Source: an uncultured Bacilli bacterium
GTDB taxonomy: Bacteria > Bacillota_I > Bacilli_A > RF39 > UBA660
NCBI GenBank assembly: GCA_947586825.1
Contig: CANPXU010000003.1
Coordinates: 10,394 to 74,393, forward strand
Direction: 5' to 3'
Length of the DNA: 64,000 bases
Positions 26,384 to 37,257 of the stretch are shown in pieces. How positions within the stretch are numbered: position 1 is the first letter of the stretch; every line of letters begins with the position of its first letter. Below the pieces are notes generated by a model. That model worked only from the letters and a program-made list of their open reading frames with translations. It was not told the origin of the DNA and did not search any database. A program made the translations under genes and the position numbers.

Positions 26384-28324
26384 TTATTTTTGCTCTTTTT
26401 CAATAGTTTCTATATTATATGCTGGTTCACTTCCTCTAAAATAATAAAACATATTCATCTTTTCACTATCTGTTGTAGGAGTTCCATCCACAGCATTAAG
26501 GGGCATTCCTACAACATTATCGGGCATTTCATACCAACTATGATCTTCAGGGTCGTATTTTTCTATTGCCTCTACCCATGCATTTTTAGCTTCAAGACCG
26601 GTTGTAACGGGAAGGCCAGAATTATCATCATATCCTGTCCAGGTAATCATTAATATATTAGGATTATAACCAACTACCCAATAATCGGTATCGGTAGTTC
26701 CGGTTTTAACAGAATATTTTCTACTGAGCTTTGATGCAACATTAATACCTGTGGGAACATTATAATCAATAAAAGCTGATTTAACAGGGCTTGTTAATAA
26801 CTCATTTAAAATATATACGTAATTAGGATTTAAAACCATATCATAATCCGGCTCATATTCATACAAAATATTACCAAATTCATCTTCGACTCTTGAAACA
26901 AAATGAATATTACGGCGATAACCTCCACTTGCTAAAGTAGTATATCCTGTAGCATAATCAATCAAATTTATTTCACTTGTTCCAAGGGCTAAGGAAGCAA
27001 CAGGTTTAAGTTCTTCTTCAATACCACATAATTTAGCGGTTTTAATAAGTTCATCAACGCCTAAAAAAAGATTCGTTTTAACCGCATATATATTATCAGA
27101 ATATGCAATTGCCGCAGCCATTGTTATTTCTTTGTTGCCATACACATCGGCATAATTCTTGGGAGAATATGTATTACCATCGCCAAGATTAAAGGTTGTT
27201 TCTTGTGATAAAAAAGTAGATGATGAAGTCATATTGTTAGCAAGAGCTGAATAATAAAGAAAAGGTTTCATAGTAGATCCAACTTGTCTTTTTGAATATA
27301 AGGCTCTATTGTACTGACTAAGTTTATAGTCTCTGCCTCCTATTAAGGCAAGAACAGATCCATCTTTAGGATCAATAGCTATACCTGAATTTTGAATATT
27401 ATCATCAGTTATATTATTATCTACACTTTCTTCCATAGCTTTTTGCAGATCAAAATCAAGCGTAGTATATACTTTTAAATTGCCAGAGTAGATTTGCTCT
27501 TCACTAATTGTTTCAATATCTTCAAGCTCTTTTTTTACTGCTTGTTGATAATACATTAAAGTCTTTAAGTCATTTTCTGAGTATGAAGCATATATATTAA
27601 TGTTTTCTTTAAACAAAGAATTATATTGATCTTCAGTTATCTTATTATTTTTATACATAGTTAAAGCAACTATCTTAGCTCTTTTTATAGCATTATCATA
27701 ACTACTTACCGGATTATAGTTGCTAGGGCTTTTAGGAATGCCTGCAAGTATTAAACACTCTTCAAGATTAAGATCTATAGGTTCTTTATTAAAATAGTAA
27801 TGGGCAGCATCATATACTCCATAGCATCCTTGTCCATAATTAATGGTATTAAGATAGGCTTCCAAGATTTCATCTTTTTCATAGTGCACTTCAAGATTAA
27901 GAGTCATAAGAGCTTCTTTAATCTTTCTTGACCACGTTTTATCAAACTCTAAATAAGCATTTTTAACGTATTGTTGGGATATCGTGCTGGCACCCTCCAT
28001 AATGTGACCACTTTTGATATTAGTAAACATTGCTTTGATAATACGTAAGTAATCAAAGCCATTATGATTATAAAAATTTTTATCTTCAACAGAGATGACA
28101 GCATCTATCATATATGGAGAAATATCTTTTAAAGAAACCCATTTACTTTTGGCACTACCTTGATAAATTAAATCATCGTTTTTATCATATAGACTATAAG
28201 TTCCTATAAAATTAAGTTTGATAGGATCAGATAAATAGGCATTTGAATAAAGGGCTATTATTATAGTCACAACACATAGAAAAGAAAAAATGCCTATTTT
28301 AGTTAACATTTTAAAGATTTTCAA
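26384..28324 (-). CDS. Class A penicillin-binding protein (glycosyltransferase GT51 + transpeptidase)
   Basis: GT51 motifs EDKNFYNHNGFD and GASTISQQ. Transpeptidase motifs STMK, SDN and KTGT. N-terminal TM anchor. Confidence 0.9.
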   Translation of the reverse strand: MKIFKMLTKIGIFSFLCVVTIIIALYSNAYLSDPIKLNFIGTYSLYDKNDDLIYQGSAKSKWVSLKDISPYMIDAVISVEDKNFYNHNGFDYLRIIKAMFTNIKSGHIMEGASTISQQYVKNAYLEFDKTWSRKIKEALMTLNLEVHYEKDEILEAYLNTINYGQGCYGVYDAAHYYFNKEPIDLNLEECLILAGIPKSPSNYNPVSSYDNAIKRAKIVALTMYKNNKITEDQYNSLFKENINIYASYSENDLKTLMYYQQAVKKELEDIETISEEQIYSGNLKVYTTLDFDLQKAMEESVDNNITDDNIQNSGIAIDPKDGSVLALIGGRDYKLSQYNRALYSKRQVGSTMKPFLYYSALANNMTSSSTFLSQETTFNLGDGNTYSPKNYADVYGNKEITMAAAIAYSDNIYAVKTNLFLGVDELIKTAKLCGIEEELKPVASLALGTSEINLIDYATGYTTLASGGYRRNIHFVSRVEDEFGNILYEYEPDYDMVLNPNYVYILNELLTSPVKSAFIDYNVPTGINVASKLSRKYSVKTGTTDTDYWVVGYNPNILMITWTGYDDNSGLPVTTGLEAKNAWVEAIEKYDPEDHSWYEMPDNVVGMPLNAVDGTPTTDSEKMNMFYYFRGSEPAYNIETIEKEQK

Positions 28325-28470
28325 TAAATCTCACCCAATATTAGTATTTATAATTGTGATAAAAATATAAGCTTTTTTGAAAGAAATATCCTTTAAAATA
28401 AAGAAAAATAAGACTTCACAAAATTTTTTTAAATAAATTATCAAAAAAAACTTTATTTTTATACAAGGTA

Positions 28471-28479
28471 TGCTATAAT
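28471..28479 (+). promoter_or_regulatory. Extended -10 element TGCTATAAT upstream of argS
   Basis: GTATGCTATAATG lies about 50 nt upstream of the argS ATG. No T-box core sequence is visible in the leader. Confidence 0.45.
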
Positions 28480-28527
28480 GTTCTAGAAAAAAAGCAACGA
28501 AGACGATTTATAAAAGGTGGTTAAGAA

Positions 28528-30135
28528 ATGAAAGAAAAGATTACAGAGCTAATAAAAGATAAACTTCATTCTCTTAATATAGACTGCGATGATATTACTA
28601 TTGAGGTTCCTAAAAACAAAGATAACGGTGATTATAGTACTAATATAGCTATGAAACTAGCGGGTACTTTGCATCGTGCTCCCGTTGAAATAGCTAATGA
28701 AATAACCGCAGATCTTGAAGATCCGGAAATAGATAAAATTGAAGTAGTTGCTCCAGGCTTTATAAATTTCTATGTTAAAAAAGATTACTTAACAGATAAT
28801 ATTAATACTGTTTTAGATGAAGAAGATAGATATGGTTCATCAGATATTGGTAAAGGTCAAAAGATTAATATTGAGTTTGTTTCGGCAAATCCTACAGGCA
28901 TTTTGCATATGGGAAATGCTAGGGGAGGAGCTTATGGTGATTCTTTAGCTCGAATAATGACTTTCTGTGGTTATGATGTTACTAAGGAATATTATTTAAA
29001 TGATGCTGGTGTACAAATCACGAAACTTGCTAAATCCATTTACAGTAGATACCTAGATTTATGTGGTATAGAAAATACTTTTCCTGAAAATGGCTATCCT
29101 GGCGAAGAGATAAAAGATATTGCTAAAATAATATATGATGAAAATGGCGATAAACTTGTTGAAAGTGATTTAGAACCCTTTAAAAAATATGGTATTGATT
29201 ATCTAACTGGCCAAATATTTAGAGATTTAAAAGAGTATCGTATTGAGTATGATGTTGTTACTTCTGAAAAATCAATATATGAAAAACATCCTATAAAAGA
29301 TGTGCTAGATATTATTGATAAGAATGGTTATCTATATCAAAAAGATGATGCTACTTGGTTTAAAAGTAGTGAGATATATGATGATAAAGATCATGTCTTT
29401 ATAAAGGCTGATGGAGCATATACTTATGTAGTTCCCGACATTCCATATCATATGGATAAGATAGATCGGGGATATAACAAGATTATAGATGTTCTTGGTA
29501 CTGACCATCATGGTTATGTTGCAAGATTAAAAAGTGCAGTTAAAGCAGTGGGTTATGATGATAGCAAGATTGAAGTTAAGCTACTTCAACTAGTGCGAAT
29601 TGTTAATAATGGTGAAGCGGTTGCGATGCATAAAAGATCAGGTAATGTCGTAACTCTTAGAGATTTGATAAGTGAAGTTGGAGTCAATGCTGCCAGATAT
29701 TATTTTTCTAAATATTCTCTTGATACACAGATGGACTTCGATATTGGTCTTGCCAAATCTAAATCAAATGATAATCCCGTTTATTACGTTTGCTATGCAT
29801 ATGCCCGGATATGCTCAATATTAAGTAAATATGAAAATATCCCAAGGGTAGAAAAATTTGCTTGCATAAATGAAGAAGCTGCATATAATGTGTTAGCAAG
29901 CATATATAAGTTTAAAGAAGTATGTGAAAGTGCTTGCATCAAAGAAATGCCCCATTTAATTACTAACTATGTGTATGAATTAGCATCATTATTCCATACT
30001 TATTATGAGAAATGCCGTGTAATTAGTGAAGATGAAAAACAAACGATAGAAAACTTAAATCTAATAAAGGCAGTTAAAATAACTTTATATAATGCACTTA
30101 ATTTAATAGGTGTTTTACCAGATGAAAGGATGTAA
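28528..30135 (+). CDS. argS: Arginine--tRNA ligase
   Basis: 535 aa. Class I HIGH-type region SANPTGILHMGNARG. N-terminal Arg-tRNA-binding and C-terminal DALR-type architecture, ending in M. Confidence 0.93.
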   Translation: MKEKITELIKDKLHSLNIDCDDITIEVPKNKDNGDYSTNIAMKLAGTLHRAPVEIANEITADLEDPEIDKIEVVAPGFINFYVKKDYLTDNINTVLDEEDRYGSSDIGKGQKINIEFVSANPTGILHMGNARGGAYGDSLARIMTFCGYDVTKEYYLNDAGVQITKLAKSIYSRYLDLCGIENTFPENGYPGEEIKDIAKIIYDENGDKLVESDLEPFKKYGIDYLTGQIFRDLKEYRIEYDVVTSEKSIYEKHPIKDVLDIIDKNGYLYQKDDATWFKSSEIYDDKDHVFIKADGAYTYVVPDIPYHMDKIDRGYNKIIDVLGTDHHGYVARLKSAVKAVGYDDSKIEVKLLQLVRIVNNGEAVAMHKRSGNVVTLRDLISEVGVNAARYYFSKYSLDTQMDFDIGLAKSKSNDNPVYYVCYAYARICSILSKYENIPRVEKFACINEEAAYNVLASIYKFKEVCESACIKEMPHLITNYVYELASLFHTYYEKCRVISEDEKQTIENLNLIKAVKITLYNALNLIGVLPDERM

Positions 30136-30139
30136 TATA

Positions 30140-30592
30140 ATGGAACTAAAAAAATTATCTTTAGAAGAATTAGAACAAATGACTTATGGAGAAATAACAG
30201 AGCTTATCTTAACCGAAAAAGGAACTAAGATGAAAATCGTTGATATATTTAAAAAGATATGTAAGCTTTTAAATATGTCAGATGCTGAGTTTGAAGCTAA
30301 GATTGCCGACTTTTTTGAATTAGTCTCTACTGATAAAAAGTTTATTATCCTTGATAAAGGATATTGTGACTTACGAAGAAAACATACTCCAAAAGTTGTT
30401 ATTGAAGACGAAGATAATGAAGATGTTGAAGTAGAGATTGATGAAGAAGAGATAGATGAAGATAAGGAAACTGACGATAATCAAGAAGATATCTTTTATG
30501 ACAACAGTTCTGAAGAAGATGATGTTGATACTGACGATGATGAACTAGACGATTTCCTTATTGTAGATGATGAAGAAGAAGCAGGTATGTAA
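30140..30592 (+). CDS. rpoE: RNA polymerase delta subunit
   Basis: The N-terminal HARE-HTH-like domain (LSLEELEQMTYGEITELIL...FELVSTDKKFIILDKGYCDLR) is followed by a long Asp/Glu tail. The start is moved to the ATG at 30140. Confidence 0.85.
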   Translation: MELKKLSLEELEQMTYGEITELILTEKGTKMKIVDIFKKICKLLNMSDAEFEAKIADFFELVSTDKKFIILDKGYCDLRRKHTPKVVIEDEDNEDVEVEIDEEEIDEDKETDDNQEDIFYDNSSEEDDVDTDDDELDDFLIVDDEEEAGM

Positions 30593-30653
30593 ATACTTGT
30601 TTTTTTTAATCTTTCTTAATATAATTATTTTGAATTAGATGGGATGTGTATGC

Positions 30654-31718
30654 ATGTTTGAAAGACTAGATGCAATGGAAGCTAAATATGAAGAGCTTTT
30701 AGCAAAACAAAGTAGTGAAGAAGTATTAAATGATTATAATTTATTAAAAGATATTTCTAAAGAAAAAGCTGATTTAGAAGAAACCGTAGTATGTTATCGT
30801 AATTATAAACAAACATTAAAAAATCTTGAAGAAACTAAAATAATGGAAAGTGATCCAGAGTTTGCGGAAATGGCTAAGGAAGAACTCGCTCGTTTAGAAG
30901 AAGAAAAAGAAAGACTTTACCACGAACTTGAAATCGCTCTTGTACCAAAAGATGAAAATGATGGTAAGAATGTAGTAATGGAGATAAGAGGAGCCGCTGG
31001 TGGGGATGAAGCTAATATCTTTGCGGGAGACCTTTTCAGAATGTATTCTTACTATGCTGAGAAAAATGGTTGGAAAGTTGAAGTTACTCATAGCATCGAA
31101 GGCGAGGCTGGAGGTTTTTCCCAAATTGAATGTATGATAAAAGGGCAAAATGTTTATTCTCTTTTGAAATATGAAAGTGGATCCCATCGTGTTCAAAGAG
31201 TTCCTGAAACAGAAAGCCAAGGCCGAGTTCACACTTCAACGGCTACCGTTTTAGTTATTCCTGAGGTAGAAAACGTTAATATTGATATTAATGAAAGTGA
31301 TTTAAAAATAGATGTTTACCATTCATCTGGAGCAGGTGGACAATCTGTTAATACTTCAAATTCTGCAGTTCGTATAACCCATATCCCTACAGGGGTAGTT
31401 GTAACCTGCCAAAATGAAAGAAGCCAATTAAAAAATAAAGAGCAAGCTATGAAATTACTTAAAGTTAAGATTAATAACGAAATGCAAGAAAAACAAATGG
31501 CCGAAAATGCTATGGAAAGAAAAACAAAAATTGGTACTGGCGATCGTAGTGAAAAAATAAGAACATATAATTATCCCCAAAATAGAGTTACTGATCATCG
31601 TATTAACTTTTCAATTATGGAACTTGATAGAGTAATGGATGGTTACTTGGATCCTATTATCGATGCTTTAGTAAATGAAGACATGCGTTTAAAACTAGCC
31701 GGTGTTAAAAGTGAATAA
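30654..31718 (+). CDS. prfA: Peptide chain release factor 1
   Basis: GGQ motif SGAGGQSVN. RVPETESQGRVHTS carries the RF1 PxT-position tripeptide. The start is moved to 30654 (MFERLDAMEAKYEEL). Confidence 0.95.
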   Translation: MFERLDAMEAKYEELLAKQSSEEVLNDYNLLKDISKEKADLEETVVCYRNYKQTLKNLEETKIMESDPEFAEMAKEELARLEEEKERLYHELEIALVPKDENDGKNVVMEIRGAAGGDEANIFAGDLFRMYSYYAEKNGWKVEVTHSIEGEAGGFSQIECMIKGQNVYSLLKYESGSHRVQRVPETESQGRVHTSTATVLVIPEVENVNIDINESDLKIDVYHSSGAGGQSVNTSNSAVRITHIPTGVVVTCQNERSQLKNKEQAMKLLKVKINNEMQEKQMAENAMERKTKIGTGDRSEKIRTYNYPQNRVTDHRINFSIMELDRVMDGYLDPIIDALVNEDMRLKLAGVKSE

Positions 31719-32430
31719 CTTTGATAAAGATCTGATATGCAAATATGTGCCTCTTGAAAAGCAAGAAGAAGCTCTAAAAAAGCTAGCAACAGGATATCCT
31801 GTTCAATATATAATTGGTGATGTTGATTTCTGCGGAAATATTATAAAGGTCAATGAAAGTGTCTTAATACCACGTTTTGAAACTGAATATTTAGTCGAAA
31901 ATTTACTTTTTTATCTTCGAAGATATGAATATGAAAATCCTAAAATACTTGAGGTTGGTACTGGCTCAGGATGTATCTCAATTGCTTTAAAAAAGAGCAC
32001 GGAGTGTAGTATCGATGCTATAGATATTAGTAAAAGAGCTATTGAAGTAGCCAAAGATAATGCCCAAAAGAATAATACAGAGATAAATTTTATTTGTGAA
32101 GATATTGCAAGTTTTACTTCTAAAAATAAATATAATGTCTTAGTATCTAATCCCCCTTATGTATCACCTAATGAAGAAGTAGATGAAAAGACCAAGTATG
32201 AGCCCCAAAATGCAATATTTGCTAAGGATAATGGTTTATATTTCTATAATTTGATTCTCGAAAAATGTCCATCTTTAATGGCCAGCAAGAATATCATAGC
32301 TTTTGAAATAGGCAAAGATCAAGCAGAGAGTATAAAAGCTAAAGCTTTAAGCATTTATCCTAAAGCTAATATAATAGTAAGAAAAGACATAAATAACTTT
32401 GATCGATACTTATTTATAATAAATGAATAA
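31702..32430 (+). CDS. prmC: Release factor glutamine methyltransferase
   Basis: Motifs VGTGSGCI and NPPY. Overlaps the prfA stop. Confidence 0.9.
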   Translation: MLKVNNFDKDLICKYVPLEKQEEALKKLATGYPVQYIIGDVDFCGNIIKVNESVLIPRFETEYLVENLLFYLRRYEYENPKILEVGTGSGCISIALKKSTECSIDAIDISKRAIEVAKDNAQKNNTEINFICEDIASFTSKNKYNVLVSNPPYVSPNEEVDEKTKYEPQNAIFAKDNGLYFYNLILEKCPSLMASKNIIAFEIGKDQAESIKAKALSIYPKANIIVRKDINNFDRYLFIINE

Positions 32431-32468
32431 AAAATACTATAGTAAAACATAATTTAATTGGTGAAATT

Positions 32469-32981
32469 ATGAAAAAGACTATAGTATTTTTATTTGGTAT
32501 TATGGTAATAGCATTAATGATAAATATGCAAAAAAAGGAAACAGTAGTTATTCCTAAAGAAAGTATCCGATTTAGGTTAATAGCTAACTCAAATAGTATT
32601 GAAGATCAAAGATTTAAAATGAAACTAAATAGTATTATCCTTCCTATGATTCAAGGGATAGCAGATGAGTCAAACACTATAAGTGAAACCAGGATAAATC
32701 TAAAAAAAGCTCTTCCTAGCATAAGTAAAAAGATTAGTGAATATACAGATGATTTTAATATATCATTAGGTAATAATTTTTTTCCTGAAAAAGTATATAA
32801 AAATGTAACTTATAATGCGGGAGATTATGAATCACTTGTCATTACTTTAGGTGAAGGTAAAGGGGATAATTGGTGGTGTGTAATGTTTCCTCCTTTATGC
32901 CTTCTTGAGGCTAAAGAAAGTGATGTAGATGATGTAACATACACAACCTATATTAAAAAAATCATAAATAAATATCTTTAA
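32469..32981 (+). CDS. spoIIR: Stage II sporulation protein R
   Basis: Signal anchor, then IRFRLIANSNSIEDQ and GEGKGDNWWCVMFPPLC, which are characteristic SpoIIR blocks. Confidence 0.8.
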   Translation: MKKTIVFLFGIMVIALMINMQKKETVVIPKESIRFRLIANSNSIEDQRFKMKLNSIILPMIQGIADESNTISETRINLKKALPSISKKISEYTDDFNISLGNNFFPEKVYKNVTYNAGDYESLVITLGEGKGDNWWCVMFPPLCLLEAKESDVDDVTYTTYIKKIINKYL

Positions 32982-32994
32982 AATATAATGTAGT

Positions 32995-33528
32995 ATGAAT
33001 ATATTATTTCTTATATTAATAGGCTTTTCTTTATCAATGGATACCTTTTCTCTAGCTATAAATATAGGTACATATAATCCTCCGAGAAAAGATAATCTTA
33101 TTTACAGCCTTATCGTAGGTATATTTCATTTTGTTTTACCTATAATTGGTGCCTATTTAGGTTCTTATTTAATAAATATAATATCTGTTAAAATAAGCAC
33201 TTTATTGTTCTTTGTCTTTTTGTTTATCGGTATTGAAATGTTTTTATCCTTAATATCTAAAGAAGAAAAGGATTTAAAACTTAATAGTTTAAACAAGCTA
33301 ATTTATGCCTTTTCTGTTAGTTTAGATAGTTTAACTGTGGGATTAATCTTAAAATCGATGGGGTCTATATGGATTTTAGGCCCAATTATTTTTGCTACTG
33401 AAGCCTTGATTTTTACTTATATAGGACTTACAATTGGTAAGCTGTCATATCAGAAAATGGGCTTTAAAGCTAGAATAATAGGACTTGCCATTATTATACT
33501 TTTAGCCATTTTACAGCTAGTAAAGTAA
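32995..33528 (+). CDS. MntP/YtaF-family membrane protein (Mn efflux / sporulation YtaF-like)
   Basis: 177 aa with 6 TM segments. It shows the duplicated DUF204-type motif SMDTFSLAI / SVSLDSLTVG. Confidence 0.6.
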   Translation: MNILFLILIGFSLSMDTFSLAINIGTYNPPRKDNLIYSLIVGIFHFVLPIIGAYLGSYLINIISVKISTLLFFVFLFIGIEMFLSLISKEEKDLKLNSLNKLIYAFSVSLDSLTVGLILKSMGSIWILGPIIFATEALIFTYIGLTIGKLSYQKMGFKARIIGLAIIILLAILQLVK

Positions 33529-33628
33529 GTAATTGACTATTATGAGAAAAATTCATATAATAAAATTGAAATTTTAGGTATTCCCTTGGTTTTTTGTATA
33601 AATCCCAAGTTTAAGATAAGGTGAAAAA

Positions 33629-34897
33629 ATGAAACAAATTAAAATTGTTGGCGGGAACACCCTACGTGGGCAGATCCACATAGGAGGAGCCAAAAATAGT
33701 GCAGTAGCTATAATACCTGCAGCTATTTTAGCAACTGGTGAAAGTAAGCTTTATAATGTTCCAAATATATCCGATAGAGATGCTCTATTTGATATAATTA
33801 AAGACCTAAATGTTGATGTAAAGATGGAAGGCTCTGTAGTTACTATAAACTCTAGTAATATTCAAAATAAAACCATAAGCGAAAGCTTATCTAAAAGATT
33901 AAGAGCTTCTTATTATTTTATGGGAATCTTATTAGGTAAGTATAAACATGTCGAAATGTATTTCCCTGGTGGCTGTAATATTGGTTCAAGACCAATAGAT
34001 CTTCATTTAAAAGGGTTTGAAGCTTTAGGGGCTACAGTAACTCATGAAGAAGAAAGCCATAAATATATACTTGATGCTGAAAAATTAACGGGTGCAAGAA
34101 TTAAATTAGACTTTGCTTCGGTCGGAGCTACGATTAACATTATGTTTGCAGCTTCTTTAGCGGAAGGTACTACGATAATTGAAAATGCTGCTAAAGAAAC
34201 AGAAATAATAAATATTGCTGATTTCCTAAATAAGATGGGTGCTAAGATAAAAGGTGCAGGAACTTCCAAAATAACTATAGAGGGTGTTAAAGATCTTCAT
34301 CCTGCTGAAATATCAGTTATACCAGATAGAATTGAAGCAGGAACCTATTTAATAATGGGTGCTCTTTTAGGAGATAATCTTGAAGTATGTGGAATTAATC
34401 CTAATCATATAACTTCTTTATTAAATAAGCTTAGTGATATGGGCGTAACTTTTGAAGTTAAAGAAAACTCAATAATAATTAGTAAATCACCAAACTTAAA
34501 AGCTATAAATATCACAACTTTAGTATATCCAGGTTTTCCTACCGATCTAGGTCAACCTATGTCTGTGTTACTTACGCAAGCAAGTGGTGTATCCCTTTTT
34601 GAAGAAACAATCTGGGAAAATAGAATGCAACATGTAGAATATTTAAATAAAATGGGTGCTAATATAGAATTAAAAGATAATGCTCATGCTGTTATAACAG
34701 GTCCTACAAAACTAAAAGGGGCTGCAATAAATGCTACTGATTTGCGTGGAGGAGCAGCTCTTGTAACGGCCGGCTTAATTGCGGAAGGATGTACAGTAAT
34801 ATCTAATATAGAATATATTTTAAGAGGATATGAAAATATAATTAATAAATTAAAAAGTGTTGGTGCTGATATAGAAATTATTGAAACTGAAGAATAA
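33629..34897 (+). CDS. murA: UDP-N-acetylglucosamine 1-carboxyvinyltransferase
   Basis: 422 aa. Motifs GGAKNSAV and the active-site Cys in GGCNIGSRPIDLH. Confidence 0.95.
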   Translation: MKQIKIVGGNTLRGQIHIGGAKNSAVAIIPAAILATGESKLYNVPNISDRDALFDIIKDLNVDVKMEGSVVTINSSNIQNKTISESLSKRLRASYYFMGILLGKYKHVEMYFPGGCNIGSRPIDLHLKGFEALGATVTHEEESHKYILDAEKLTGARIKLDFASVGATINIMFAASLAEGTTIIENAAKETEIINIADFLNKMGAKIKGAGTSKITIEGVKDLHPAEISVIPDRIEAGTYLIMGALLGDNLEVCGINPNHITSLLNKLSDMGVTFEVKENSIIISKSPNLKAINITTLVYPGFPTDLGQPMSVLLTQASGVSLFEETIWENRMQHVEYLNKMGANIELKDNAHAVITGPTKLKGAAINATDLRGGAALVTAGLIAEGCTVISNIEYILRGYENIINKLKSVGADIEIIETEE

Positions 34898-34934
34898 TTC
34901 ACTAATAATTACATAATTTTTATTAAGGTGAAAT

Positions 34935-35540
34935 ATGAGAAAAAGATATAAACTATTAATTATAATTTTTATATCTTTTATTTTGGTCTTAATTATATAC
35001 TGGCTATGTTATAAGCCTAAATATACTTATCTTTTTTTAGGAGCAAATTATAACAATTTATCAACATATGATTTTAATGATAGACTTAAATATTTATTAA
35101 AAGATAAAAATATTGAATATAAAGAGATCTTAGAACCTTTTATAATTGATGAGTATAATGAGATGCTAGCAAATAATAAACATAATATTAATTATTATAT
35201 AAAAAATGCTAAATTAATAATTATAAGTATCGGTATAAACGAACTTAATAACTATAAAGAAATAGATTCTTCGATAACAATTGAATATTTAAATAATATG
35301 TATAAATTTCTGGCAAGAGTAAGAGAATTAAACAAAAATGATATCTTTATTATAAATATGTATGATAGTAACTATAAGCTTATAAATGACAAAATAAAGC
35401 TATACGCAAAAGACTTTAAGGTGCATTATATAGATAGTAGTATCGTGGGAAAAGATAATACTTTCTATATAAAAGATGATTTATATCTTAATAATAAAGG
35501 TCATAAAAATATCAGTAATTATATCATAAAGAAAATTTAA
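34935..35540 (+). CDS. Membrane-anchored SGNH/GDSL-fold protein with substituted catalytic residues
   Basis: Block I reads FLGANYN instead of GDS. Block III reads IGINEL. Block V reads DDLYLNNKGH, where DGLHLNxxG is expected. N-terminal TM. Confidence 0.4.
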   Translation: MRKRYKLLIIIFISFILVLIIYWLCYKPKYTYLFLGANYNNLSTYDFNDRLKYLLKDKNIEYKEILEPFIIDEYNEMLANNKHNINYYIKNAKLIIISIGINELNNYKEIDSSITIEYLNNMYKFLARVRELNKNDIFIINMYDSNYKLINDKIKLYAKDFKVHYIDSSIVGKDNTFYIKDDLYLNNKGHKNISNYIIKKI

Positions 35541-35588
35541 AATTATACGATGGTTGACAAAATATTTTATTTTATATATAAGTAAAGT

Positions 35589-36368
35589 ATGAAATTTAGT
35601 GAAAAATATATAAAAGATATGAAATCGATGAAGCTTTTTTCAATAAGTGTAACAATTGTTGGCGTTATAGCAATGCCTTTATTTTTTTCTATGGCAATAA
35701 ATTTATTTCTTTATTATTTAGGAATAAATAATGATATAACGGAATATGTATTGATGGCATGGATAATAGAAATTATCACAGGACCTATAATGATTGCTCT
35801 TATAAGATATGACTATAAAATTAAAAAAAGAAAGAAACAATCTGGTGAACCTTATATTTTTGATATAGATAAAGAAATTTCATATGAAAGTTTATGTAAT
35901 GCCTTAAAAAATCATAAGTATTTTTCTAATAGCTTTAATATTGATGATTCATCTATTTATAAGACTGTTTGTAAGACTATCAATAAACATGATGTTTATA
36001 AATATTATATCTTTAAAATGGAAGAATATAATAAAACTGAATATCAAAAAATTTTTAAGAATTTAAATGAAACATATAAGAAAAAATATAAAGAAAAGGA
36101 TAATTTTATAGGATGGCAACGCCATGCCAGATGTATATTTGTTTTTGTAGACAAATGGAGTAAAGATGCTGAACACTTAGTACATTATTTTCAAAAAGAC
36201 TTAGGCCGAGTTCAAACTTCAATGACTTACATTATATATAAACATAAAATATATATAAGTCCAATTTTTTGTGATTTTATAAATGAAGGTGCATATAGAT
36301 TTATAAATAAGCAAGCCAAGAAGATATTAGGCATGGTGAAATTATTTTTATGTAACATTCAATATTGA
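35589..36368 (+). CDS. Hypothetical membrane protein
   Basis: 259-aa ORF with two or three N-terminal TM segments and a Lys/Tyr-rich soluble domain. No motif recognised. Confidence 0.5.
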   Translation: MKFSEKYIKDMKSMKLFSISVTIVGVIAMPLFFSMAINLFLYYLGINNDITEYVLMAWIIEIITGPIMIALIRYDYKIKKRKKQSGEPYIFDIDKEISYESLCNALKNHKYFSNSFNIDDSSIYKTVCKTINKHDVYKYYIFKMEEYNKTEYQKIFKNLNETYKKKYKEKDNFIGWQRHARCIFVFVDKWSKDAEHLVHYFQKDLGRVQTSMTYIIYKHKIYISPIFCDFINEGAYRFINKQAKKILGMVKLFLCNIQY

Positions 36369-36485
36369 TTTTCTCTTGGTACAAAAAAATCCCTTAAATA
36401 CTAGTTGCTATCTAAAAAAAGTATGATATAATATCTAGGAAACGCAAACTATACCAATTATTTGGTATGGGAAGGAGGATGCAAA

Positions 36486-36704
36486 GTGAAAGCAAATATT
36501 CATCCAGAATTAAAAGATGCTACCGTGACATGTGTATGTGGTGCAACATTTAAGACTAAATCAACTAAAGAAAACATTAATGTTGAAGTTTGTAGTGAGT
36601 GTCATCCATTCTATACAGGAACTCAAAACAAAGCTAAAAAAACAGGTAACATTGAAAAGTTTAATCGTAAATATGGTCTAGATGAAAAGCAAAAAGCTGA
36701 ATAG
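36486..36704 (+). CDS. rpmE: 50S ribosomal protein L31 (Zn-binding type A)
   Basis: GTG start at 36486, 8 nt after GGAGG. Sequence KANIHPE...CVCG...[10 protein letters not shown]. Confidence 0.92.
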   Translation: MKANIHPELKDATVTCVCGATFKTKSTKENINVEVCSECHPFYTGTQNKAKKTGNIEKFNRKYGLDEKQKAE

Positions 36705-36801
36705 TTTTTTGTTTTTTTGTGCCTTAATGATGTTAAGTAGTATTTGTTAAAGATTATATAGCTATTTGCTATGGTATAATAAAAATAGAAAGAAGGTAAA
36801 T

Positions 36802-37257
36802 ATGAAAGTATTTATTGGAACAGATCATAGAGCAAATGTAATAGAAAGTGATTTAGTAGCCTATCTTCGTAGCAATGGCCTTGAGGTTATTCCTTCCGAG
36901 CTTCCTCATGATTCTGACGATGATTTCGCGGACTTTGCTTTTGACGTTTGTCATAATGTAGTTAAAAATCCTGATAGTATAGGTATTTTAATATGTGGAA
37001 CTGGTATTGGTATGAGTATCGCTGCTAATAAGGTCAAAGGTATTATGGCCGCCAGATGTACTGATGTTGATGATGCCTTTTATGCAAGACAACATAATGC
37101 AGCAAATGTAATATGCTTAGGTATGGAAAATAAGCTAGAAAGAACCGAGGAAATAATAGATACTTTTATTAATACTAAGATAGCAAATGAACCAAGATAT
37201 TTAAATCGGGTGGATAAAATCATAAGATACGAAAAAGGTGCATATAATGAGTTATAA
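36802..37257 (+). CDS. rpiB: Ribose-5-phosphate isomerase B (RpiB/LacAB family)
   Basis: MKVFIGTDHRA..., with GILICGTGIGMSIAANK. The start is moved to 36802. Confidence 0.88.
   Translation: MKVFIGTDHRANVIESDLVAYLRSNGLEVIPSELPHDSDDDFADFAFDVCHNVVKNPDSIGILICGTGIGMSIAANKVKGIMAARCTDVDDAFYARQHNAANVICLGMENKLERTEEIIDTFINTKIANEPRYLNRVDKIIRYEKGAYNEL

Noticed and set aside
28325-28527. T-box or other riboswitch leader upstream of argS
   Set aside because: The leader is only about 50 nt downstream of the likely promoter and lacks the conserved T-box core (AGGGTGGNACCGCG-like) or a terminator/antiterminator pair.
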